Assembly: GCA_951406725.2 (NCBI GenBank)
Contig: OX597820.1
Location: forward strand, 115,754,001-115,818,000
Length of the DNA stretch: 64,000 bases
DNA from: Octopus vulgaris
Lineage: Eukaryota
Reading direction: 5' to 3'
The notes below the pieces were generated by a model. That model was not told the DNA's origin. It ran no database searches and saw only the letters and a program-made list of their open reading frames with translations. Below, piece after piece: positions 26,537-39,559 of this stretch; position 1 is the stretch's first letter; every line of letters starts with the position of its first letter. Position numbers and translations under genes: made by a program.

Positions 26537-26746
26537 TATTATTATTATTATTAAGAAGACAGTGTGATGGCAGAATCATTAGCACGCTGGCCAAAATGCC
26601 TAGCGGTAAGTTCAAATTCAGCCGAGGTTGACTTTATCTTTCATCCTTTCATGGTCAATAAAATAAGTACCAGTTATGCACTGTATCTAGTGTAATCGAT
26701 TCATCTCCTCCCCCAAAATTGCTACCCTTGTGGCAAAATTTCAAAC

Positions 26747-26780
<34 letters not shown>

Positions 26781-26955
26781 AAGGTGGCACGTAAAAAGCA
26801 CCCACTACACTCTCGGAGTGGTTGGCGTTAGGAAGGGCATCCAGCCATAGAAACATTGCCAAATCAGACTGGGCCTGGTGCAGCCTTCTGGCTTCCCAGA
26901 CCCCAGTTGAACCGTCCAACCCAGGCTAGCATAGAAAGCGGACACTAAACGATGG

Positions 26956-26996
<41 letters not shown>

Positions 26997-28296
26997 TGGG
27001 GAGCTGGCAGGTGGAGAAGAACCAGAAGGCGTAAGAGTGGGGTAGATGACGTACCATAAGACAGGGTGAGTCAAGACACAGGTGGCATCAGCAAGTCATC
27101 GTGAAATGCTCTGGAACCACATCATGTTTTATCCCAAAGAAATGCAAATTCCAAAGATGATCTAAAATAGAAATGGAGAGTTCTTGGCAAGTTGAACCCT
27201 GGACATAGGAAGGGCACCTGATTGCTGACGATTATGTTGATGATGATGATGATATTAATAATAAGGCAGGTTTATAAATTACTTACAAAGTTGTAATTGT
27301 TATTATTAGTATTATTATTAAAGTGGTGAACTGGCAGAATCATTAGCAAGCTGGGCAAAATACTAAATGGCATTTCGTCCGTGTTACATTCTGAGTTCAA
27401 ATTCCACTGAGGTCGACTTTGCCTTTTATCATTTCGGGGTCAATAAATTAAGTACCAGTGAAATTGTGGGATCGATGTCATTGATTAGTCCCCTTCCCCA
27501 AAATTTCAGGCCTTGTGCCTTTAGTAGAAAGGGTTATTGTTATTAAAGCACCATCCGGCCGTGGCCGTTTGCCAGCCTCGTCTGGCACCTGTGCCGGTGG
27601 CACGTAAAAAGCACCCACTACACTCATGGAGTGGTTGGCGTTAGGAAGGGCATCCAGCCGTAGAAACATTGTCAGATCAGACTGGGCCTGGTGCAGCCTT
27701 CTGGCTTCCCAGAACCCCAGTTGCACCGTCCAACCCATGCCAGCAAGGAAAGCGGACGCTAAACGACGATGATGATGATGATGATGATTATTACTGAGTG
27801 CATGCCATCAAAGTGACACTGGGGTACAAATATACAAAGCCCAGTATATCCATCATGACTACCTGTCTGATAAGGGTACACCAGGCACATGCATCACGAC
27901 CATATGTGCATGACATGGTGATCTCATATCAAGATAAACAGCGCATGACCTTGCAGGTGGGGCCCAGTTAGAATTTTCTTCTGGTCAAGTAACCCAGCCC
28001 GCTCAAAAGGTCCCTGAATAAGGGTTGTTTAAAGATGTTGAACGAAACACCCATGTTTCCAGAGGTGAATTATTCAAACCCCAAAGAATCCCTCTCAACA
28101 CATGGCTATGATGCTCCCCCACTACTTCTGCTCGTGATCAGAGATGCACATATCATCAGCCACTAAGGGACATGCTCAACTGGTTAAGGTCGAACAACTG
28201 ACAAGCAAATCTGTGGTATTGAGCAGAATATTTGCTGTAGCCCATCTTTTATACCAAGACAAAACAATGTACATGATAACACTTCCAATTATTATT

Positions 28297-28331
<35 letters not shown>

Positions 28332-28393
28332 CGTCGTCGTCGTTGTTGTTGTTGTTGACGTTGCTGTTGTTGTTGTTGTTATTATTATTATAA

Positions 28394-28429
<36 letters not shown>

Positions 28430-30842
28430 GACCAGTTAGAATGTCAGCTATTAATCAAAATACCTTATGCTTTTCTAAAACCCACCGAAGTGGACTTTGA
28501 CTTTCCTTCCAGGTTGACACCACATTTCATCCTTTCTTTTATCATACGTACAACGGTCGATTTAATTGGTGGTTGTACTCTTAGGAACCAAGATTTGCTA
28601 AATCTAACCATCACAACTAGCAGAGGGTTAACAGGGTAATTTATAAGGAAGGAGTTTGTTGATTCACTGAAGAGGCTAAACACATGAACAACAACACATT
28701 GAATAGAGGAAGAAGAAGAACAACAACAACAATTATATGAAAACACAAAGATTATGTAAAAAAGAATTATAATAATAATAATTAAATAAAAAAAGACTTT
28801 ACCTACCCTTTATCTTACAAGACATAATATTTATCAGTTTGTTTTGTTTGAGTTGATTTTGTCCATTCTTCCTGTTGTATATTTTATCTTCAGACTCTCT
28901 CCACTCCAAGTAGCTGGCTTATTCATGTCCGCATAACTGGATTTAATCAACTTGTCTTCATATTTTTAAGAATGTAACTTGAGAACAAGTTCGTACTTGA
29001 ATTCCAACCTTCAGCATTTCCCCTGATTTCTTTTGTGTAATTATAAATGACACAGCTTGATCTCGTTGCAACATTCTTATAGTTAGTTACCAACATTTGA
29101 CAACAGATTGATATGAATAATTGGTGAACCCATAACGAGCTGTCATCTCTTGTTCTTTATTAGTTTTTCATTAGCTGCACTGCTTCGGGTTTCGAGTAGT
29201 GTTTGCCAACTAATACAACAAATCCTCACGTTAGTTTAATTCATCTTGATATATTCATTTACATACAAACACACACGGACATATATATATATGTATGTAT
29301 GTGTGTGTGTGTATATTGTGTATGTGTGTATAGAGGTTTATTTTAAGGTAGTGATCCGGCCAATCAGGTTGTTGAATTTGCTGTTCTCAGCAGTAACTGC
29401 AGTCTGTATTAATAAATATTGAACAACAGCTTCTGTTGGGAGAGCAGCGAGACTGAGTGAATGTGGCTGTCAATGTATGTGTAGATGTATGAAGGTGGAT
29501 GTGTATTTATATATGTGTGTGCTCAGGTATATGTATTAAGGTGTATGTGTGTTTGCATGTAGAACAATAGCTGTGGTATATAATAATAATATATATTAAG
29601 TAATATGTGCCTGTATGTGTTTAGCTATGAAAACAGTCTTTTAGTAAGGCTTACGGCTGTTTAGCCCCAGGTCAGCCCCGATGTACCATATCTTTGACCA
29701 GAAGCATTCCACTTGTGAGTATCAGGCTTTTTGTACATCTGAGGCTAAATTTTCTAGCGTGTCCTTCTATTTTAAGATAATAGAGTGCAATCTGAGGAAA
29801 TATGGCTGCTATTTCTAGAAGATCATGTGGCCAGGTAGAAGCTCCCTTGTAGCAGTGATGGTAGTAACAGTTAGTGTGGTAGAAGTGGTATAATGGTGTA
29901 ATTAGAAGTTAGTATTGATTTGTTTTATGAGCCACAGATGAATGAGTTGATGGAGTCTCTAAAACAACCAGGCCAGAGATTGAATGGACGTTCATTTCCT
30001 GTCCCTGGCATTGAACTGAATCCTTGTCCAGGACTCTTTCTCATAAATGACTCAGTCCATTTAGCTGTAAGTAGGTACCATGGCTCACTGCACTAATCAA
30101 TTGTTTGGTGAAGTCAATGAGAAAGTTTTGTTTGCTTGCTCTATTAGAGGAATGGGGGGGGGGTCTTTCTGTGGGTTTAGGTGAAAAGCACATGGCCTGG
30201 TGGTTAGGGTGGTGCACTCATGATTCCTAACTCTAACCCTAAGATCATGGGTTCGGTTCCTGGACTGGGTGGTGCATTGTGTTCTTGAGCAAAACATGTC
30301 ATTTCACATTGTTCCAGTCCACTCATCAGTAAATGAGGAACCCTGGGTCCAGCTGGTGACCCTTTCAGAGGGAACATTGTGATTTCAGTCACTTATTTGC
30401 TATAGAAACCGGATGACAGACTCTGTGAGTCTGAGGACTTGAGACAGTCCAGGAGCGATGATGGTGACGGTGGTGAGCTTAAGCCATGGTAATTGTGCTT
30501 ATAATGTGACCTTCCCTTCAATTCCATCACCACCAACACCACCACCACCATCACCACAGCCACCTTCATCCTTAGTAGATCTGATAATAAACTGTTTTTC
30601 TTTTGATGAGACACGGATAATTTTGAAAAAGAAAAAGAAAAAAACCAGTATAACTAATTTTCATGATACCCATATATTACTGGTATTTGTTTCAACATCC
30701 CTGCGAATGAAGAGAAGCAGAACTGTCACTGATGTGATCTGAGAATGGTATATATGAACCATCTGCAAGTGTGTCATGAGTTTTTGAGGTAAGTAGGAAA
30801 ATGCTGGAATATTTAATAATAATAATATAATAGAATATAAAG

Positions 30843-31340
30843 CAAGACATGACAGAGTCGGCCAGTATTTACATTGGACAATATGTCGGCATTATAAAAT
30901 CAAAACCGCTGACAAATGGTATAAACACCATCCTGAAGCTGTGACTGAGGGAGAAAATGTGTCAATTCTATGGAACTTTCCCGTACAGACCGACAAGACT
31001 ATAAAAACTAATAAACTGGATATTATAAAAGATCAGGCAAAAAAGATGTGTTTATTAATTGACATGAGTATTCCTTGTGATCACAATATAGCAGTGAAAG
31101 AATTTGACAAGATGAGTAAATATAAAGACCTGCTAATGGAAATTGAAAAAATGTGGCATCTCAAGGCGACTACAGTACCAGTGATTGTAGGATCTCTAGG
31201 AATGATAAAAAAAGGTACTGAAACCTATTTGAAAATGATACCAGGCTTACCTGGTATCATTGTAGGGATCTACAAGAAATGCAAAAAATCATGTTAACAG
31301 GAATGGCTCATATACTGAGAAGAGCATTATTGCTGTGAAA
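30843..31340 (+). pseudogene. R4/Dong-clade restriction-like endonuclease C-terminal fragment
   Basis: RHDRVGQYLHW...ILWNFPVQTDK...LIDMSIP...KYKDL..EIEKMW...PVIVGSLG; follows a (TAA)n run. Confidence 0.85.
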
Positions 31341-31404
31341 ACAACATCCATTCATGAATTTATTTATTTATTAATTTTTTTAAATACATATTTTACCTGT
31401 GAAT

Positions 31405-32706
31405 TTGCGACAAGCGCAGGCAAGGGCGTTCTGGACCAGGGTTGGGGGGTATCCTCGATGCCTGAACAGGTGGGCCAGGTACTGTGAGTGGGTCTCAAAA
31501 TCCTGGTCACAGCTGCACAAGCGTCGGTGGCGGAGGAACTGGGAGCAGGGGATGGCCCATTTGGTGTGGAAGGGATGGGAGGAGGAGAAGTTGAGGTAGA
31601 GGTGGGAATCCATGGGTTTGAAGAAGGCAGAGGTGGTGAGAGAGTGGGAGGGGTGGTCAATGATAAGAGAGATGTTGAGGAAGTTAACAGAGGTGTCAGA
31701 GATAGTAGAAGTGAATTGGAGAGAAGGGTGGAAGTTAGAGAGGAAAGAGATGAAGTGGCAGAGTTGTTCGCGGGAGAGGGAGGTGGCACCTATGCAGTCA
31801 TTTATGTAGTGACCGTATAGCTCTGGGATCGGCCCGGAGAATTGGGAGAATGCTTGGGCCTCAATGTGGCCAACAAAGAGGTTGGCAAAATTGGGGCCCA
31901 TTCTCGTTCCCATCGCGACCCCAGACATCTGTTGGTAGGTATCCCTGGCGAACATAAAGCAGTTGAGGGTGAGGATGAGCTCTGCCAGGCGGAGAAGGGT
32001 GGGGGTGCTGGGTGTGGGGTCAGGGCGATGGTCGAGGAAGTATTGGAGGGCTAAGAGACTGTCGTGGTGGGGAATCACAGTGTATAGGGATTTGATGTCT
32101 AAGGTGAAGAGGAGGTGTGAGGGGCTGGGAGGGAAGGAAAAGGAATTGAAGAGACGAAGGGCGTGATTAGTGTCATGTATGTGGGATGGGAGGGCAGCAA
32201 CTAAAGGGGACAGGATGCAGTCAAGGTATTTAGAAATGAGTTCGGTGGGACAATTACAGGCAGAAACAATGGGGCGGCCAGGGTTATTGGGTTTATGTAT
32301 TTTGGGAAGGAAATAGATGGTGTTCGGACGATGAGGTTGGTGGTGGTGGGGGGGGGAGAGCAGAAGAGGAGATGAGGTCGTGGATGGTGGAGGACACTCG
32401 CTGTTGGTAGGAGGAGGTGGGGTCAGAGGGGAGTAGGCAATAGAAGAGGGGATTTTGAAGTTGGCTGAGCGCTTCCTCTCTGTATAGGTCTGCATGCCAC
32501 ACCACCACTGCTCCACCTTTGTCTGCCAGCTTCATGACAATGTCGTTGCGGTGACGGAGGTTGCGAAGGGCAATCGATTCAGCACGAGTGAGGTTGTCTC
32601 GGAGAGATCTTTTTTTGAAATTGAATCGGTTGACCAATGCATTGCAGTCGTGCACGAACAAATCTAGGCTACTGAATTGGCCTGGAGGTGGCGTCCAGTT
32701 GGATGG
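31405..32706 (-). pseudogene. Penelope-like element reverse transcriptase fragment, frameshifted and truncated
   Basis: ADKGGAVVVW, LPKIHKPNNPGRPIVS, TLDIKSLYT, GVAMGTRMGPNFANLFVG, YIND (mutated YIDD) and YLNFSSSHP motifs. Confidence 0.92.
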
Positions 32707-32709
32707 GTG

Positions 32710-32741
<32 letters not shown>

Positions 32742-32805
32742 AGAAAAAGCAAATGGAGATTGGGCAGTTAACAATTGTTTACTATTAACAGCAAATTAAT
32801 CATCA

Positions 32806-32891
32806 TTCCTTACAGCTGTTTCAATTAATACTTAGTAAATATTAAGTAAAATTAAATTTATGTGACCTGAGCTTAATATCTTCAGAGGGAA
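32806..32891 (-). ncRNA. Putative minimal hammerhead ribozyme in a PLE-type repeat
   Basis: Minus strand cct-CTGAAGA-(long AT-rich stem II)-GAAA-CAGCTG-TA-agg, with palindromic helix III. Confidence 0.55.
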
Positions 32892-33043
32892 AAAATATAT
32901 CTTTGAATGTTTTAAATGTGTTCATGGATTCATTATAGCAGACTGACTGATACGGTTTATGATTTGTACTGTTATATGTTCGGGTGAGGGGTTTACAGGT
33001 TGATTGGAGATAAGATAGAGTAGGTAAATAGAATTAGAACAAT

Positions 33044-33699
33044 GGATCTTTTCCTTTTGAATGGCAGATATCAACACAATTTCTAGTTAACTAAACACTT
33101 TTAAACTTCGTATACTGGTAGAATGTGTTTATAAAACATCATTTTCTCTTGGTTTTATTTAGAAAATTCTATAGTTTGTAAGATATTTCGTCTGAAAATC
33201 TGAGCATTTCGGCAATTTTAACCAATCGATTACCTCCATTCAACTAAAATCATTTGCTGCGTCTAAAACTGAGACAACATCCTGTAACTAACCCTAAACC
33301 TCCCCCCTAACCCTGACCCCTAACCTTAATTTTTTTTTTCTTAATTGTTAAATTAATTTAATTCCATTGCTTTAGGTTTTTTTACACGCGTAACAATTAA
33401 ATTAATTTAACAATTAAGAAAAAAAAAAATTTAGGGTTAGGGTTAGAGTTAGGGGGGAGGTTTAGGGTTAGTTACAGGATGTTGTCTCAGTTTTAGACGC
33501 AGCAAATGATTTTAGCTCAAAAGAGAGCATAGGATTGGTTAAAATTTGAAAAATTAAACTACATTAAACAAACAAATTACAGTTTTCTCAAGAAAGCCAA
33601 GAGAAAAAAATGTTTTATTTTGACACATTCTACCAGTATACGAAGTTTAAAAGTGTTTAGTTAACTAGAAATTGTCTGCCGTTCAAAAGGAAAAGATCC
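33044..33699. mobile_element. Foldback DNA transposon with internal telomere-like repeats and 8-bp TSD
   Basis: TSD AGAACAAT on both sides; GGATCTTTTCC...GGAAAAGATCC termini; almost fully palindromic; CCCTAA/TTAGGG repeats inside. Confidence 0.88.
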
Positions 33700-35856
33700 A
33701 GAACAATAAATGAACAAATTAAATAGAGATGATAGAGGAAATTTAAATATAAATAAGTTAAGTTTATAGTTAACTAACAGCAGCTAATACCGGTTTCACT
33801 TGGTTACTTTGGATGATGTGGCTGTAAAACCTGCTCTGTGTAAGCATTCGACTTGTTTGGGCATGCTTAAATTAAAAGACAATTTTAGAATGACTTTTTT
33901 GTCAAAACGCTAAAAATAACTGACTGACAAAAGAAAAAACCTACGGAGATTCAACCAAATCAAAAACTAAACCCAAATACTAAGCAAAGATGAACCATCC
34001 CACTTCCATGGCGCACGCATACACACACACACACACGTTCACACCCCCTTTCTTTTACATACGCACATATATTCACACAGAGTTGAAACGCTGTTTGATT
34101 TATTTTTTCATCGCACAATTTTCATCATCCCACCACCAAGTATGACATCACCCTTTCCTTCCTTATTCATCTATCACTCCTTTTCTCATTCATAAACACA
34201 AGAGTATTATTATAGTAGATTATCTCGGTAACCATGGGAGCTATGCAAAAATACAAAGCCTGGCAACAGTGCAATTCCACCCAGCTGTTTGACCATGAAT
34301 CCCAAGACAAGAAAGAATTGCCTATGTCAAATTTATATGTATAGATAAAAGAATGGAATATTCGTTTATAAGGTATAAATAAAGAGAAGAGGAGAGAGTA
34401 TTTTTTGTCTTGCGTTTTAGCGTTTCACCGTTAGAATCAACATCAAAAAGAAACACAAGTAATAAAATGGAAGCTTATTAGTTTTAAAAATATCAGTGAA
34501 AATCGATATCCTATGGAGGGCATAGGGACACAGCATGAGATGCAACCTTTTCCCAACATCTCTTTTGGTCATCAGCCAAACTTCAGGTTTCGCACCATCT
34601 GCCTGTCCGTCCAATTTTTGAGGTTGTTGAACCATTCACTTCATGCTCTTTTAATGATGGTTTGTCCATGCATGACCATCAAATATGTACAGCGATTTCT
34701 TACTTTGGCACAGTGCCACTAATTCAGAAAGCATAGTGAATTGGTACTTCCACTGAAGGAATGAAATGTAAAGTCAGCTGAGTAGGACTGGAACTCAAAC
34801 CCTAAAGAAAATTGGTTATAGACTGCAAAACTTTTCCAGCTTGTCAGAAACCAGCTTGTTCTCTATTGGCAAGAGGCCTTGTAATTAGACTGAACAATCA
34901 CATACATACTTAGGACCTACATGGACAGAGGGGAAAAGGTATGTACCGTCATAGAGGTCAGCTGTCCGGCAGATATAAAAATCTCTTTGAAAATCAAAGA
35001 AAAAGAGGATAGGCGCAGGAGTGGCCGTGTGGTAAGTAGCATGTCTACCAACCGCATGGTTCCGGGTTCAGTCCCACTGCGTGGCACCTTGGGTAAGTGT
35101 CTTCTACTATAGCCTCGGGCCGACCAAAGCCTTGTGAGTGGATTTGGTAGACGGAAACTGAAAGAAGCCCGTCGTATATATGTATATATATATATATATG
35201 CGTGTGTGTCTGTGTTTGTCCCCCTAGCATTGCTTGACAAACGATGCTGGTGTGTTTATTTCCCCGTCACTTAGCGGTTCGGCAAAAGAGACCGATAGAA
35301 TAAGTACTGGGCTTACAAAAGAATAAGTCCCAGGGTCGATTTGCTTGATTAAAGGCAGTGCTCCAGCATGGCCGCAGTCAAATGACTGAAACAAGTAAAA
35401 GAGTAAAAGAGAGAGAGTTATGAACAACTGCTTCGAAACTTCCAGCTTCTATATCCAGACTATGAATTCATATTCATAACAATAATTGGAGCACAAGGTT
35501 TTGTTAGTGAAATGCTTAAAGGAGAATCTGGATAAACTGGGATTTTCAGAGAGAGAAACAGACCTGCTAATTCGTACATTTCAAGTGCAATCTGTGAGTG
35601 GAACAATAAAAATATGCAAGACTTTTCTAAAGTTCCAAATGTGAATTTGTCTGTCTTAACTACATCCCAAAGCTGGAGCCGTGCATCTTTGTTAGAAACC
35701 GGCTCCCTCCTCAGTGGAAGATTTATAATAATTAAAATATAGAAGAGACATGCATACACACGTGCATGGGTGCAGGTGTGGCTGTTTGGTTAACAAGTTT
35801 GCTTCCCAGCCACATGGTTCCAGGTTCAGTTTTATTGTGTGACACCTTGGGCAAGT

Positions 35857-35993
35857 ACATTATTTACATTCGATGGATATTTGTCCTCATCTTGTTTGTT
35901 GTTAACACGTTTTGGCTGATATACCCTCCAGCCTTCTTCAGGTGTCTTGGGGAAATTTCAAGCCTGGGTTCTCATTCCTTAGGTATTTTTCGA

Positions 35994-36051
<58 letters not shown>

Positions 36052-36206
36052 GTTCAAGTCACTGTTTGGAAGCGAACTCGGAATCTTGGGGTTAGTAGCC
36101 TGCACTCTTAACCACTACGCCATAGGCCCACGGTCATATGGCGTAGTGGTTAAGCGCGCTACTAACCCCAAGATTCCAAGTTCAATTCCAAGCAGTGACT
36201 TGAACA

Positions 36207-36254
<48 letters not shown>

Positions 36255-36439
36255 TCGAAAAATACCTAAGGAATGAGAACCCAGGCTTGAAATTTCCCCA
36301 AGACACCTGAAGAAGGCTGGAGGGTATATCAGCCGAAATGTTGTGTTAACAACAAACAAGATGAGGACAAATATCTGTCAAATGTAAATAATGTAAATAA
36401 TGTAAATAATTCCTCATCTCTTAAATATAGAACTGTACT
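35857..36439. mobile_element. Hammerhead-ribozyme SINE-like element, complete head-to-head inverted dimer (copy 2)
   Basis: TSD ttgggcaagt (35847-35856 / 36440-36449) inside a host SINE; each arm has an A/B-box head, (AAT)n and a hammerhead core. Confidence 0.88.
36301..36347 (+). ncRNA. Minimal type I hammerhead ribozyme
   Basis: GACAC-CTGAAGA-a-GGCTG(gagggtatat)CAGCC-GAAA-tGTT-GTGTT; stems I and II pair. Confidence 0.75.
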
Positions 36440-36943
36440 TTGGGCAAGTGTTTTCTATTAATGCCCTGGGATGACCAAAACCTTGTGAGTGGATTTGGTT
36501 GATGGAAACTGAAAGACGCCTTTCTGTGTGTGTGTGTGTGTGTGTGTGTTTTATTCTCCCTCCTTGTCTTGACATCATGTGATAGTTGTAAATGAGCACC
36601 ACCCTCATGCAAGCAATGTTCTTTGTTTCCAGTCTTTTCTGGTCATGGGGATACATTACCTAACTTGAAAACAGATAAGGGTTAGCAACAGGATGGGCAT
36701 CCGGCCATAGAATATTTTCTTCAACAAATTCTGTCAGGCACATGTGAGCATGGAAAAGCAGATGTTAAAATGATGACGATAATGATGATGATGATGATGG
36801 TGGTGAAAACCATGATACATACATACATACATACATACACACACACACATGCACACATCCATACATCCATACATACATACATACACACACACACACATAC
36901 ATACATACACACACACACATACATACATACATACACACATACA

Positions 36944-36975
<32 letters not shown>

Positions 36976-37679
36976 CATACATATACATACATATACACAT
37001 GCGTACATACACATACACACATGCCTACATAAAAGCCTATGCTGAGAAATTAGGGCCCTCAAAATTAAAAAGGAGAAAGCTAATTAGAAGATTACAGACA
37101 CAAACCATCAATGGAACTGTAAAAATCTGTAAAACTTTCCAAAAGTTTAGTAATCAAGTACATTCGCATGTTTTCATATGTATGAGTATAAAGACTCCGC
37201 CGGTTACGACGACGAGGGTCCCAGCTGATACGATCAACGGAACAGCTTGCTCGTGAAATTAACGTGCAAATGGCTGAGCATTCCACAGACACGTGTACCC
37301 TAGTTCTCGGGGATAATCAGCGTGACACAGAGAGTGACAAGGCTGACCCTTTGAAATACAAGTACAACTCATTTTTGCCAGCTGAGTGGACTGGAGCAAC
37401 GTGAAATAAAGTGTCTTGCTCAAGGACACAACGCATCGCCGGGAATCGAACTCACAACCTTACGATCATGAGCCGAATGCCCTAACCACTAAGCCACACG
37501 CCCTCACTGTATGAGTATACATAAAGCAAAACATACAGGTCTGCACACACACACTGGTTTCCCTTGGACATATACTAGGCATACATGCACAACTGCCTTG
37601 TTGATTTTGTTGAAATTCCAATGAAGGAGCCTTGGTCAGACACTTCGGATCATTGGCAAAACATCTAGAAAAAAAACAT

Positions 37680-38298
37680 TGTAAAGTAAATACCACCATG
37701 ACTGATATCCAAAATACAGTGGAAAAAGCTGGCCACTGGATATGGTTAAAAAGAGATGATGAGTGATCATCATTATCATCATCATTGTTTAACGTCCGCT
37801 TTCCATGCTGGCATGGGTTGGACGGTTTGACTGAGGAGTGGTGAGCCAGAAGGCTGCACCAGGCTCCAATCTGATCTGGCAAAGTTTCTACAGTTGGCTG
37901 CCCTTCCTAACGCCAACCACTCCGAGAGTGTAGTGGTTGCTTTTACGTGCCACCAGCACAAGGGCCAGTCAGGCGGTTCTGGCAGTGACCACGCTCAAAA
38001 GGTGTTTTTTATGTGCTACTTGCATGGGAGCCAGTCAGGCGGTTCTGGCAACAACCATGTTCGAATGTTGTTTTCCATGTGCCATGGCTAGAAGAATATT
38101 GAGCTTTATTTGATAACCAGTTGATTTAGCAAGCGGGGCCTCATATCAGTGAGGGGGGACCGGTGCGCATTGATGCTGTTCAGAGGCAGGCCCTGAAATG
38201 GCATGCATTCTCACCTGATGGCCCCATACACTTGCTGGCCTCCAGTGTGTGGAGTTCTCGACTGGTAGCACTTGCATGTGCAAGTTGTTTGCAAGACA
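37680..38298 (-). mobile_element. Solo LTR interrupted by a family D SINE
   Basis: TGTCTTGC...TTTACA termini; homologous to 45550-45851. Confidence 0.75.
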
Positions 38299-38335
38299 TA
38301 TATACACTCACTTGACACATAAATACACACAGACA

Positions 38336-38380
<45 letters not shown>

Positions 38381-38486
38381 TTATATATCTAATATATATA
38401 TATATACACATACATATACATATATATATACATATATATATATGTGTGTGTGTGTGTGTATGTATGTGTGTATCTATGTATGTGTT

Positions 38487-38538
<52 letters not shown>

Positions 38539-39559
38539 ACACTCACGGAGTGTTTGGCGTTAGGAAGGGCAAACAGCTGTAGAAAAATTGCCAGATTAGA
38601 CTGGAGCCTGGTGCAGCCTTCTGGCTTCCCAGAACCCCGGTCGAACCGTCCAACCCATGCTAGCATGGAGAACGGACGTTAAACGATGATGATGATACAT
38701 ATATACATATATACATTTGGAGAGAGGAAGAGCATTGTAATTAGTTGAATTAACTGGGATGATAACCTCCAAAAAATAAACTGGTTGTAGAAACAAACCT
38801 ATAAGATGCTTCTTTGTGGTTGTTCTACTTGCTAGTAACAGCAGCCAAATCATCAACTCTTAACATATGGTGTTCTAACATAGCAGGATGCACTGGACAA
38901 TGTAGTCTCAGATACACTATCTGAAATAAAAATGAGGTAGTCTTGGCTGGAATGTCTTTTACCATAAGTTTTCTGATCATTTAACTGGAGCTAACCAACA
39001 AACCAGAACTTATGCTGTTTCCTCTGCAGGTTTAAATAAATTCCACAACAACAATAACAACTAAAACAGCACAGTTGCTACAAATAGCACGCAGTCTGTT
39101 CTGTAAAGTGGTTGGCCCATAGGAAGGGTACCATGCCAAAGCAGACAGAGCCAGGCACATTCGTCTGGCTTGCAAGATCCTGTCAAACCATCTAACCCAT
39201 GCCAACATGGAAGGAGGACATTAAACAATGATGATGATGATGATGATGTATATCATCATCATCATCATTGATGATAAGCCCTACCCCATCTGCAACAATC
39301 CCTTGCTCTTCCCATATACCCTTACATCTTCCCATTCACCCTTAGTATTCTTTTACTCCCAGGGTCCTCCCTTATAAACCACCACTGCCATCTTTATCTC
39401 TTTTCAGCTGCTCTTGCAGAATGTGAGTAGCCATGTCACTTCTCATGGAGTAAGAAATCTTTTCTCACAAACCACCACACACACACAGATGCACACGCAC
39501 ACACGTACATACACACACACACAGGTGCACACGCACACATGTACACACACACATATGCA

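Larger units (their letters stand above)
34910..37160 (+). pseudogene. Second R4/Dong-like endonuclease relic fragmented by nested insertions
   Basis: Collinear pieces: VCTVIEVSCPADIKISLKIKEKED (34921-35010), LLRNFQLLYPDYEFIF (near 35430-35500), RKLIRRLQTQTINGTVKICKTFQKF (near 37090-37150). Confidence 0.65.

Noticed and set aside
31364-32166. Several overlapping Ser/Pro- or Gly/Glu-rich ORFs
   Set aside because: Alternative frames or antisense of the PLE RT relic
33288-33470. Head-to-head telomeric repeats as a chromosome-fusion scar
   Set aside because: The orientation (CCCTAA then TTAGGG) is opposite to a fusion site, and the repeats lie within a TSD-flanked transposon
36721-37062. Multiple ORFs rich in VCMY/HTYI repeats (similarly 17573-17867, 26035-26314, 28144-28500, 44881-45413)
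   Set aside because: Translations of microsatellites
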